This document shows, one piece after another, positions 25,128-37,391 of a stretch of 64,000 nt of DNA. The stretch is from Lepidodermella squamata (Eukaryota; Animalia; Gastrotricha). Position 1 is the stretch's first letter; each line of letters opens with the position of its first letter. The position numbers and the translations under genes were made by a program. The stretch is from positions 3,782,001 to 3,846,000 of the forward strand of contig JBLDXI010000003.1 of assembly GCA_047495785.1 (NCBI GenBank). The letters run 5' to 3'. Below the pieces are notes generated by a model. It was not told the DNA's origin. It made no database searches and saw nothing but the letters and a program-made list of their open reading frames with translations.

Positions 25128-27505
25128 ATGAAGAAACCATCAGCTTTTTTTATTTTAATTCTCGCATTAAGTCCGGTAGCGAGTCGGAAGAAGTTTACAA
25201 TGCCAATGGTGACCTTCCTACCAATAACAGGCGACTTCCCTAGAACAGGCGAGGGATGCAGAGCTGCTATGGATGTCGTAGTAAATGAAGTCAACTCACG
25301 ATCTGACATCCTACCCGACTACAACATCGAACCTGTTTACGAAGATGAAGGCCCTGGCGCTAATTTTTGCTCGCGAACCGCTTTAAAATTTCAAAGAAGC
25401 ATCGAAGCCGCCGAGAACCCGCTAATCGTTCAATCCCCCTTGATGCTTGGCCCATTTTTCTCCGGAGGGTGTCTAGCCGTTGCTAGGCACATTCATTTCA
25501 ACGATATGGTCCAACTGGCGATCGGTTGTAGCACACCGCAAGGAACGGCTAATCGGCCGATTTTCCCGAATTTATACAAAACTCGAATCACAGGTGAGCT
25601 GGTTGCTTATCCGCAGCTTCATTTCATCCGAAAAGTCGGTAAATGGAATCGTTTTGGCATCCTAGCTAATGCGGCTAACGTTTTCGACTACACCCTTGCT
25701 GAGATTTTGATGAAAGTCGCCGTTCAAGAGGGGTTTGAAATCTCACATTTCGACGCGGTGCCTGATTTCGATGACAACGCCATGGCAGCGCTGAAGGAAT
25801 CTGAAACTAAGGTCGTTGTTGTTGACATTGGAGGGGGGCCTTTGACCCTGAAATTTCTATGCCAAAGCTTCAAATTCGGCCTAATTGGTTCGAGGTATGT
25901 TTTCATTCTCCACGCTGCTAATTACTTCGAACCATCCGCCCTACCTTACGACGTTGGCCATCCGAATTGTACTAGAGATATCGTATTCGAACAACTGAAA
26001 ATCTCATATTGGATTGGCTGGGCATTGAGTCCTGCTGCTGAAGTCACGAAAACACTGAATTCAAGTATAGTATAGGAATGACATTTCAGGAGTTTGAAAG
26101 GCGATTTGATAGCGTGACTGGCATTTCGAAGCCATCGGACTATGAAAAGCGATTTCTATGCCACGATTCAATGCTTCAGGGAATCCTATCCCTTCACAAT
26201 GCCGATGAGATCCTGAAAAGGAGGAACCTATCTTTGAATGACTACAAAACCAGCTCTGGAGAAGTTATGAAAGTTGTTAATTATTCTTTGGCAAAAACAG
26301 ATTTCATCGGATTTCGAATAGGGAGATTCAAGTATTCCCAAAGAGTTGAGTTAGATGCGGATGTTCAAACAACAACAATTTGGACCAGAAACCGGGGTTT
26401 GACGCTTCATTTTCAGGTTTCGATTCAGGAAAATCAGTCGCTATACAATTATTCCAGCTACAATGCCGAGGTGATTGAAAATGTAACTTGGACAACATTG
26501 GATGGGAAACCAACCAGAGATCGATCGCCCGTTGTAATATCCTTAGTCTCAACTCCGTACGCGTTTGCTGTCTCGATTTACTCGATATCAGGAATATTAG
26601 GAATGGGAAGTCTCGCTCTCCTGATTCGTGACGGACCAGCAGTAAATTGCCGTAGTTTTCCATTATTTGGAGCTATCTTTTTGAATATTGCGGCATCGCT
26701 TTTCGCCAAACCCTTGGATTATTCTACATCTAGCAGTTATTGCTTCGGGCAACGGATTTTCTGTGTATTAGGCCTGACCTTTATCAATGGCCACGTCAGC
26801 CTGACTTTGATAACCTTTCAAAGACTAAAGGCTAAATACGTGTCATTTGGTGTATATCAGGACAATCGGGCGAGTGATAATCGGGGTACTTCGAAACAAA
26901 GTTCTTCAAGTCGGATGTCTGGACACCAACTAATCCGTCGCTTATCAAACGCTATTTTTCCACCACCAAGAAACAGCAATTTTCCAAATCAAACCAAAAC
27001 CGAGAAGAAAATCAAAATGACATTGATCGGAACTGCTTCGATAACAATTTTCTACTTGATAGCATGGCTAGTTACAGAATCACCTAGGCTTGAATTGGTA
27101 AGCCTAACTCCGGAACCTTTTTACCAGCTTGAAAGCGATTCTTATTTGTTGAGTTCAACTTTCGTTTGCAAATCGCAGTTCGATTTAGTTTGGATTGCGC
27201 CTGTTATAGCTTCACATGTTTTGCTACTCGCTATAGCTGCAAAAATTGCTTTCCAACTACGGCGTCTACGCGGGAACATTGTCAAAATGTTTCCTGACTA
27301 TCAACTGGTTCGTTTACTGTTAGCTGGTGTCACAACTCTTTTCTGCGGGGGCATTTTAGTCGTTGTCGTATTGCCGTCTCCTGTTGATCAATCGATGTCT
27401 CTTGCTATTTTTAGCAGCCTCGTCTCGATTTTGACCGTCGGCTTGAGTTTGAAATATCAAGTTGAACGCACTCAAGCGGCGCCGGAAGTTACTGTTCAGA
27501 CCTGA
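25128..27505 (+). pseudogene. GABA-B-like class C GPCR (Venus-flytrap domain plus 7TM), frameshifted by a 5-bp duplication at 26066-26075
   Basis: Signal peptide; GEGCRAAMDVVVNEVNSRSDILPDY, LMLGPFFSGGC and FPNLYKT (ANF-receptor domain); 7 hydrophobic segments in ORF 26078-27505. Removing one TATAG gives a single 790-aa ORF reading SSIGMTFQEF. Confidence 0.75.
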
Positions 27506-28797
27506 TTTGTTTCCGATTACGAAAAATGTCGAAAAATGTCCCAAGACAGATGCATTTACAGTGACCTTATTAGGTTTCCATACTTTTATCTGCGAATTAT
27601 TGAAGAAACGACTCTGCTTACTAAAGCAGGGTTTGTATCTGTCTCAATTCAAGACCTGAAATCCATGTATGACTGATTACATAAAAACTTCAAGAGAGAA
27701 ACAACAATAACAATAATAAAATGTAATTATTTGAATAATTTAACTATCTCATAATATTGCTTCACACTCCGCTCAATGATTACGTTCATACGCGTTCTAC
27801 GTTCAAAGTCTCGCTTTAAACTGATAAAAACGAATTCTAAATTGAGATTACTTTGTTGGAAAAAAAATTGCGGCGTGTTTACCTATTCGCGCGAAATCTA
27901 TTCGAATATCTGCTTGACAAGCTGACATAATAAAGGAATTTTTCCGTCCGACTGCAGTGAACAATACCGCCAAATTCCTAATAGGAAAAGTTTGCCTTGC
28001 TAATTTCAGTATTTTCGCATCAAATTTTTCGTGCCAATTACGCACCAACTTTAGACCCAGAATTTAACAGCCTTATTTCTCTACTATCGATATTAGCTGA
28101 TTTTAGACATTTTAGACAACCGGTATACTCTATTTGTTCGTATGGCAGCCCGGGCTACTCAAATTTCAACCTCGAAATTTTGAAAAATTCGGAATAAAAT
28201 TTTTGGTGAATCGTTCCTTTCTAATATTTTCGAACCGACTTGACCCCTCAACCCTGGGCTCCTGTTGGTGATGGGCGATTATTAGCGGCTGGCCTACAAT
28301 TGGAACAAATACAGTAATTGCGTTTTTGAAAAATTAGGAAAAAAATTGCTCAACCTAATTCAACTAGTTAAAGCTGATAGAGAGTTAAAAATGAGTGGGA
28401 AGCTGCTATGAAATGTTGACAGAATAAGGAATCACTTATCGATCGAGTCTAGCCGGGGTCTATGTCTTATTTAACTTCCCAACAGTAAACGCACGGATCA
28501 GACAATGCCATTTTCCATTCATTATCATTTTTGTCACCAGTTCAGGTCAAGATAACTAGCTATTTTCTAAAACAAGGCGTCAATACTTGCAGATATCGGA
28601 CTTTGGTACTATCACGTGTATTTGTTTTTATAATGCCATTACCTACACACTGGTATCATAGATAACGAGGCCGTTTTTTGCGCTAATTACGCACTTGGCC
28701 GTATTTTATTTAAATAGGTTATTTTTCGATCTTATTTAAGGCAAATTTTCGTTGGGCTTTTACCATTCTCCAAATAGCTCATAAGTACAAAAAATAA

Positions 28798-30054
28798 ATG
28801 CTGTCAACTCTGAACGTCAGCCGTTTTATTCCTTCTGGACTTCGGTCCCGCGGCATTGGCTACCTGTCATCGGAAACGAAGCAGTTCCTGCGCCGAGAAA
28901 TCGCCAAATTCGACGCGAAATCTTCGGTAGAAAAAGCTCACACCCCACCCGGCACCTGGTACACAACACCCGAATTCTACTACCTCGACAAAGCCGCATT
29001 ACTGCGACCCAACTACTGCGCTGTTGAATCTTTGCACCAACTCAACGAAAAGAACAACTTCCAGACCGCCTCGATCGGCGACGAGTTGTACCTGCTGACT
29101 AAGCCCGACGATAAGGTGAAAGGATTCTACAACATCTGCCGGCATCATGGCGTCACCCTTGAGTGGAAACCCTGCGGCAATAAGTCGACCTTCGAATGCC
29201 CGTACCATGCCTGGACCTATACAAACGACGGCAGTCTAGTCAAACCGACAAAAATGCGCGGCGTTGAGTGCTTCCAGTCGAAAAACTTCGGCTTGAACCC
29301 GATTGAAGTCTACGAGCAGTGGCCGGTTGCTTTCGCGAAACCAGCTGGTTTCACGCATTCCGGATCTTCCGAGGCTGCGATGAAGAGTCTGTCAACCCAT
29401 CTTCAAAACATTCAACAACACGTTTTCCAGCAAAACACTGCCCATTTTATCAACGCGGGCAACTACGCCCATGTCAAGCGGGAAACTTTCGAGGCTAACT
29501 GCAACTGGAAATGCTATATCGATAACGCTCTAGACGATGTCTACCACTTCTCTTTTGTCCATAAAGCTACTCATGATCAAAACATCGACGTCCCGAAATA
29601 CAAAACCGAAGTCTTGCGAAGCGGCGATGGCGAGTTTCAAATCGATTGTATGACGGCTCGTTACAAGGGCAATGAAACTGCGATGGCGAAATTTTTGTTC
29701 GTCTACCCTAATGTTATGATTCAGATGTACAGCGAAAAGCCGTGGTTTGACATTTACTACGTCATCCCAACCGGGGTTGGAACAATGCGCCTTATTGTTG
29801 ACTGGTTCGCGAAGAAGGACTATGTTAACGCTACGCCGAAAGATCGGCTGTCTGTTGAAGTTGAGGATATGGCCAAGTTTGAAATTCAGGCGCAAATGGA
29901 GGACTTGGAGGTTTGTGAACGCCAGCACAAGGGGCTGAGCACGAAGGGTTTCACATTCGGGCGTTATTCGCCGTCGATGGAGGTTGCGATGTACGCTTGC
30001 CATCAGCGATGGGCGAACGAGTACCTGAAATATTTGGACGCTAATGTTGAATGA
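28798..30054 (+). CDS. Rieske non-heme iron oxygenase, choline monooxygenase-like; intronless
   Basis: Rieske motif NICRHHG...FECPYHAWTY; mononuclear Fe motif NWKCYIDNALDDVYHFSFVH; C-terminal EDLEVCERQHKGL...GRYSP; Arg/Ser-rich N-terminus resembling a transit peptide. Confidence 0.85.
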   Translation: MLSTLNVSRFIPSGLRSRGIGYLSSETKQFLRREIAKFDAKSSVEKAHTPPGTWYTTPEFYYLDKAALLRPNYCAVESLHQLNEKNNFQTASIGDELYLLTKPDDKVKGFYNICRHHGVTLEWKPCGNKSTFECPYHAWTYTNDGSLVKPTKMRGVECFQSKNFGLNPIEVYEQWPVAFAKPAGFTHSGSSEAAMKSLSTHLQNIQQHVFQQNTAHFINAGNYAHVKRETFEANCNWKCYIDNALDDVYHFSFVHKATHDQNIDVPKYKTEVLRSGDGEFQIDCMTARYKGNETAMAKFLFVYPNVMIQMYSEKPWFDIYYVIPTGVGTMRLIVDWFAKKDYVNATPKDRLSVEVEDMAKFEIQAQMEDLEVCERQHKGLSTKGFTFGRYSPSMEVAMYACHQRWANEYLKYLDANVE

Positions 30055-32329
30055 AAAAATTCCGCCTTAATTTAAATTTTCCGGTATTGATATTTTTCTT
30101 CAATAAATTCGGTGTTTATTATTGTTGTTTCTTATATATCTAGTGCCCTGAAAAATATTTTTCCAGGCAAAATCTCGTCCTTTTCACGAACAAAGCAAAC
30201 AACAATATCCTAAACAAAGATTTATGCCATTGAAAAATGTAACCAGCGCATGAAAAGTTGCTGGGCTGAGCATATACTCGAGGCGTTTCTATTGTTTACG
30301 CTTGTCGCATAGCCGCGCGTTATTATTAAGAAATTACGGTACCCGCGAGCATTGTTTCAAATAGGCGAGGCGTTATTTTCGAAAACAAAACAATAAAACG
30401 CAAAATTTTTACTGACTCTCATTGTTTGCCCGCCGCTATTTTAAGTTTTAATCGCGCGCGCAGGAAAAATAAAACAGTGGATAATATTACTGCGCAAAAC
30501 CGCATTTGTTTTTGCGTTAATTACCTATGTGCTGCGGGTTATATTTTTCACGCGTTTTTAATTATTTTTCGCGTCTATCAATGAATAATAATCGCGCATC
30601 CTTTCGACATGAGTCACGAGTCGCACCTGTTGCACATGCTCGATTATCTTCTTATTCACAAAAATATTATTTTTTTCTTCGTAGTAATAATAATAATAAC
30701 AATAAAACCTGAGCGTGTTGCTCACTTTTTATTAGTACGGCAAATAAAGGTGAGTAATGCACACGTATTTTCAGCCGTGTCTGCCTACAACTTTTTATTA
30801 TTATTATTATTTTGTCAAGAGACTATATAGGCATGTCGCATCAAGAGCTGCTAGAAAGAACACGATAAATAAAAATGTTTTGTAGTATTATTGTTTGCCC
30901 GTTTCACTACTTGCCGATGATGAGTAGTAGTTGTAGAAGAAGGTTGGTATAGGGCAAGCCTACGCTCGTCATTCCCCTTCATCATCATCATCATCATCGC
31001 AGGACAACGTCACAAGGCCGTTTTCTTCTTACTGTCTTATAACATCTATATATCGTCTAGCCCACGAATGAATGTTTGCCATTATTACAGCACAAAAGCA
31101 GCGACTTTTCAGGTAGATGTGTAGCTCAGTGCATGTAATATTACTCGTCAATTAATCGACGCGGGTAAACACGCGGATATCGGCGACCTAAATATATTAT
31201 ATTGTCTTTTTGCGATAAACACAACAACCACAACAAGCCGTTGAGGAGCCGCAGTGGGCTGGTTTCTGGCTGCTGAATGATGAAAGCTGACCCGGCTCGC
31301 CTCGATACTGCTCACATTGCTAGCGGTATATAAGCTGATTATTGTCGTGCTGGAAACGCCGTGCAAACATCCGTGAGCGCCAGCGAAGCGCGCGAGATGC
31401 GGAGGGCAGGTATCACTTCCGCAACAACAACCGCGCGCGCTCTTTCGCGCAAGTGTTTGCGCGCTGTATATGCCTTACAACAACAGGTAGGTATCGCATA
31501 TCTCACAGCCGCCGCCAGAAACCGCGTGTTTGACTGCGCGGCGATGAGCGACAGCAGCAGCAGCGACAACGGCACCAGCGCCAACTGGCAGCCGGCGTAT
31601 CCGGGCCGGCGTTTATTATACTGTCGTTATTAACAATAATAATAACATCATTTACAGCCGCAAATTTTCTCAGCCTTTGGCGGCGCCGTTTTGTAGGTAA
31701 TAATAACCCATGCATAATGGCGCGAATACGATTTGCATAAATGAGGCATTTATTACACGCATAGCAGCTGCTTATTACATTACATTTCCTCGACACCTCA
31801 TATAGCTGTAACGTCGGCAGTAATTAGAAGCGCCGTTTAGCTATTCAACTCAGGTGGCGCGTTCATCGCCTCTCCGCCCTCGGTGGCGCGAATTGACGCC
31901 GGTGCGACACTTGTCAAACGCAGCGCGCTCCGATGAACAGCCGCCGACCCAAAATTAGCATGCGCTAATCAAATTACTAAAAAAATAGACACCACCGCTT
32001 TCGCCCACATACTATAAAAACTACCTAATTACTTATTTCGATGTCTCATAATGCTATGAATCACGAGGAAACCTAAAACTCAGAGGCCATTTTTTGCGCT
32101 GCATTTTTTGAATAATTATCGATGTAATTCCTCGTTGCAACTCGAGCGTCATAATTTCTCACAATTTTTGTTTATAAAAATATGAGTAATTGAATTAATT
32201 TTATTCTCCAAAACCAGCGGAAGACGAATGCGATTGGATTTTTGAATTTTTTATATAATCTCCAATTTTCAGATTCTCGTTTTTACGCTATCACGCATAA
32301 AAACTTTTAAATGGTTTTTTTTGATGTAG

Positions 32330-34202
32330 ATGGAATGCTTATGCAATAATTTTACAAAGCGGAAAAGACGTGGTTACTTCTACTTGCCGCTAGTTGCAAG
32401 TTTTTATGCGTTATTCCTGTTAACAAGCAGTTTACCGCACCTAGCAAATGCCGCCTTAGCAGTGTCCCACGCCGGGGTGCCTGGAGTACCGGGGCCTCAA
32501 GGTCCACCAGGTCCGCCGGGTCCGCCTGGTCCGGCTGGTTTGAAGGGCCCTAGGGGCGATCTTGGACGTAAAGGCCCGATGGGTGATATTGGAGATCCAG
32601 GCCCTGCTGGTCCGCCGAACAATGGACCAGGCGAGAAGGGTGAGAGGGGCGACAAGGGCGAGCCGGGTATTCCAGGTCTACCTGGTCCGAAGGGCGAGAA
32701 AGGCCTCCAGGGTCCGCCTGGCAAACCTGGCCCGATCGGCGATTTAGGAGATCGTGGACCAGGCGGCGAATCTGGCGATGTCGGTGACCCAGGCCCAGCA
32801 GGGTTACCAGGTATCCCAGGTCAAGCTGGCAGCGCGGGTGCTCGTGGTCCGAAGGGACTCCCAGGGCTACGAGGAGCCCCTGGCTATAAATTAATGCCAT
32901 CTCCGACCGGTGGTGGTCATCTTTACTGCGCCAGTGGTTACAAGCTCAACAGCGATGGATCTGCTGGCTGTGAAGGTAAGGAAATTATTTAATTGAAAAT
33001 TCCGGTGGATTACACTTGGGTTTCAATTTATAGATGTTAACGAATGCCTTGAGAACAATGGTTTCTGTCAGTTCTCTTGTACCAACGTGCCAGGCAGCTT
33101 TTTCTGCTCATGCCCATCGGGCTTCGAGGTTCAGTCTGACGGAGCTTGTTTCGGTAAGCATTATTTAAAAAATAAGTAATTTTCGAAAATTATATAAATT
33201 TATTTTCTTAAGTTTACCTATCTCGATCTCTTCTATCAATATTCAACTTTTATTAAATTGAAAAAATCTGCTAATTTGAGCCTAAAAATTAAACATAAAA
33301 ATAAACATAAAGTAATTTTATTTGATATTTTAGTAATTTTCCATTGCCAATTAATTTTAAAGATCAATGAAAAGTTCGTAATTAATTTTTTTTATACCAT
33401 GGTAGAAAATCTCAGGAATTAATCAATTGCGTAAACTCAGCTAAACATTAAAAAAACTTCCTTTGCAAAAATAGTGAGTGCTCGCTTACCTAGGATCAAA
33501 AAATTTGGACCTGCGGCAGTTATTCTATCTAATTTAGTTCAGTGGTTCCAGTTGAAACGAATTTTATAGAAAAATGAGAAAATATTATGATTCCTTTTCA
33601 GTCACAATTTTGAATTTCTCTCAAACAATTTTTCAAAAAATTCTAATAATTTGAAAAATTAATTCTCTAATTTTTGGGACCACTCGCACGAATAAAATCA
33701 GAATTTGGAATTTTAACCATTTAACTATTGCTAAACTATTATTCTTGGCGTCTATTAATGAATTTTCCGAAATATTAATATAATTTTTTCCATCTTTCTA
33801 GATATCGACGAGTGCGAATTAAACTTGACGATATGCTCAAACTCGGCGTCTGGCAGTCGGTGCTTCAACACAATCGGCAGTTACATCTGCTACGACGAGG
33901 CGTCTACCATTTTCTACACCGCCGTCGCGCCATCGAGCGGCGCCGCCGCCGATTCGCAACAGCAAAAGTCATCGTCGTCGCAGCCGGGCGCGTTGCAGGG
34001 CAGCGACTCGACGGCGGCAGCCATGCGCGTCGACGGCCTGCTCTCCGATGAAGTCTTCGTCTTTCTGTTCATCTGGGCCGCCGTGCTTTCGCTCATCCTC
34101 ATCATCGTCGCCGTTGTGTTCACCGTGCGGTTGTGCCTCGGCTCGCGGCAATCGCGCATCTCCGACGCCTCGAACGCCTCGACCTACTCTGCGACTCGGT
34201 AG
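32330..34202 (+). CDS. Collagen, EGF and TM membrane protein (388 aa); exons 32330-32975, 33034-33153, 33802-34202
   Basis: About 46 Gly-X-Y triplets; [27 protein letters not shown] and DIDEC EGF exons joined by phase-1 introns; [27 protein letters not shown]. Confidence 0.8.
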
Positions 34203-35573
34203 AACCATCATCATCGCCCGCAAATTTATTAGCGCCAAAAAATACGCCGCTATGCCGTTGTGTTTTTTCTATTCTTAAACAAAAGCTACTGCGTTCTTTC
34301 AAACTGAAAAAAATTAAATTAATTACCTAAAAAATAATTAATTGAAAACACCCGTATATGTTAGAAAAATTCAATGCCCCTTTTTTTACCTGAATATTAA
34401 AATTACGCCATCAGTTTCAAAAATTTATTTTGCGCTCGCTCACATTTATTTATTGTCATTTTGCTGAAAACACAATATCGAAGTGTGCCTTAATAGAGAA
34501 TAATAACGTGTTTTGTAAATATTATTGACATCGGCGATCTGCATCTACGCATCATCTGCATCAATATTCATGCGCTGTGTTATACTTCTATAAAATGACA
34601 TGCAATTTATTGAGATACCTGTATTCTATAACCAAATGATGACGACGAAGAGATAGATGATTTTTAATTGCTTGAGAAGATGAAATTTGAAGAAAAAGAT
34701 TGCACTGAATAAAAGTCACTTGAATGTTCCAAGTTCTGTTTCTGAAAAGGGTTCTGGATTTAGGGTTCCAGCAGAAAATCTCCCTAAAATTGGGGTTTTC
34801 TGGTTTCTAGTTCTTACAAATCAATTATTTATTTCGATATCAGCGCAATCTAAGAAAGACTAATATTAAACTATTTCTACAGACTTACAATTAGGAAAAA
34901 ATTTACAATTACTGTTACAAGGTGCACAAGTAAGGAAACTTTCGAAATCGCAAAAATTCGGAAACATTTAACCTCAATTTTAGTATTGCGCATCTTTGGA
35001 CCCTACCGATTCGAACTTGAAGCCCGACCGAAATCGCTCACCGTGCCGATGATTTCATTTTAGCTTAATTTTGAGTTGGAGGAGAGGCTATGGCCCTATT
35101 TTTCCAGATTATTGATGGACAACTTTCGTTAATAGAAACTTTGTTTCGAGCCTATAAAATTTGAAATTTGAAGGTGTCTCAGGCCAAGTCATGAGAATTT
35201 TTGTTCAATTATAAAAAATGGCAGCTGACTCATGACCCGCGCATCACCTTTTTTACTGTTGAATAAAAAACTCACTTGGGGTTGCTCTTACGCACACAGC
35301 CCGTGCTAGGTGCTAGGCTGTTCTGCACTTGCGTCATGCCTAACCAGAAAACATATTTACGAAACATTGTTGGCAACGTTTCCACCGTTTCAATAGTTTG
35401 AAAATTGGCAACAACAAGGCGATATCGATGCCAACAGCCACAAAAACTGGCCTTGCCAATGGTATTTAAACACTGCAGGAATGGGTTTCAGGCATCAAGC
35501 AACAGTTTGTTCAACTCAAAGCAATTTAAAGCTAATTTTCTCAACTTCAACGTGAATTTCAGCAAGCTCCATC

Positions 35574-36645
35574 ATGCAATATAATATCGCCAATTCGATA
35601 ATGTTGATTCTGGTCGGGTCTGCCTTAGTTGGTGAGTTCTCAGATCGATAGGGTGATCATAATATATGCTATTTTCTCATTTTTAACAGGCGCAGCTCCG
35701 GTCCAAGATGATAAAGACTGGGACGACTTCAAGAGCGAAGCCAAGTACAACAACGTCGCCGAGGAGAGCCTCCGACGTGAAATTTTCCGCAAAAACAAGG
35801 CCGAAATCGAAAGGCACAACGCCAGGAAAGACGTCTCGTTCCAAATGGGCATAAATTCGATGGCTGACAAAACCCAAGCCGAAATCGCTAGCCAACGTCT
35901 TGGTCTTCAGGTTCCTCTAGGCGAACAGCAGCTTCTGGTCGGAGCCAGCAGTCCAATTGTCGAACAGGCCTTGGTTGCTGCCCTTCCGGCTTCATTGGAC
36001 TTGAGAACCAAAGGCGCTGTGACCCCCGTTAAGAACCAGGGTTCGTGCGGGTCCTGCTGGGCCTTCTCCGCTACCGGAGCCCTCGAAGGCCGTTTCAAGT
36101 TGAAGTCCGGCAGCTTGGTGTCACTTTCCGAGCAGAACCTCATGGACTGCTCTTACTCTTACGGCAACAATGCATGCAACGGCGGTTGGATGAATTCAGC
36201 CTTCAACTACGTCAAGAACGCAACTGGCCTTAATACAGGCGCTGCCTACCCCTACAAAGCCGTCAGCAGTACCAGCTGCAAGCTGAACAGTAGTGCAGGT
36301 GCTCTATTCGCTAAGATCACTGGGTTCACCAAGGTGCAGGCCAACAACGAGACAGCTCTGATGGTCGCCCTGCAAAGTGGCCCAGTTTCGGTTGCGATCG
36401 ATGCTGGTAAAAGCTCGTTCAGTTACTACAAATCCGGCGTCTACTCGGAACCTCTCTGCTCGACCAGTGTCAACCACGGCGTTTTGGTCGTTGGTTACGG
36501 CACGGACTCTGTTTCAGGAAAGCCCTATTGGCTGGTCAAGAACAGCTGGGGCACAGGCTGGGGAGAGTCGGGCTACATTCGTATGGCTCGAGGCTCAAAC
36601 AACTGTCAGATTCTTTCGTACGCCAGCTATCCTAACATGGCCTGA
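35574..36645 (+). CDS. CTSL: Cathepsin L-like cysteine protease (papain family C1A); exons 35574-35631, 35690-36645
   Basis: Signal-peptide exon; I29 prodomain (ERFNIN/GNFD-like); QGSCGSCWAF, NHGVLVVGYG and WLVKNSWG catalytic motifs. TATTTAAA lies near 35463. Confidence 0.92.
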
Positions 36646-37049
36646 ATCCAGCATAAGGGGATATCAATAGCTTTACACAATTTGACTTTAATGTGATAAT
36701 TTACTGGAAAGTTTGGCTATTGGGAATGCTACGTTTTATCAATAAACTAATGTATAATTGATATTATCTGTGTGATTCCCCACGTCTGATAGCCAGCCAT
36801 GGGCGGTTGATTTTTATTCAGCATATTGCTGCAATGGGGCGACTGCCGACTTGCAGAACAGTGATTTCAAAATCACCTTCAGCCTAAATCTGAAAGTGGA
36901 ACGTGGCAAGCATAGACAACAATTTTACATCATGTCATTGCACCTTACAGTTAATAATTCATACATCAACATGACACTAATGACTTTTTGAGCTATGGCT
37001 AACGAACAACGTATATGTTGGTGTCACTTGGTTACCATCATCACCATCT

Positions 37050-37216
37050 AGCCGCAATAAGCTGATATACAGCGCAACAACTAGCCAACCCGAACATTGA
37101 ATAGACGTAATCGACTAGGAGAATTCGCTGGGAGGTTTTCGCGACGTTGCTAGAGACTGTCGATTGCGCGACGCCCATCGCAAGCAGAACCGCCATTGAA
37201 AACACGGGGCGGTCAG
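37050..37216 (-). pseudogene. Isolated M2-M3 fragment of the lectin-channel gene
   Basis: DRPVFSMAVLLAMGVAQSTVSSNVAKTSQRILLVDYVYSMFGLASCC is nearly identical to the segments at 37580-37740 and 44995-45153. Confidence 0.8.
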
Positions 37217-37391
37217 AAAAGAGAACAAAGCACAATATAGAGCTAATGCTCGAGACAAAACACAAAAATGCCGTCCAGACATTTATTCTACGTCACATGA
37301 TTTAAGGGGGTGTTGAATTGTTGCGAAACCATGTGACTTCGCTTGCGAAACCGACTTCACGCAATAGAATCACAGCTGTGCCTCGCATCTG

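Noticed and set aside
26065-26075. GTATAGTATAG as an 11-nt GT-AG intron that would restore the GPCR frame
   Set aside because: It is far below the 45-60 nt minimum intron size seen in this window; a 5-bp duplication is simpler.
30100-32300. Short ORFs upstream of the collagen-EGF gene
   Set aside because: No domain signal or codon pattern; looks like regulatory, 5' UTR or intronic sequence.
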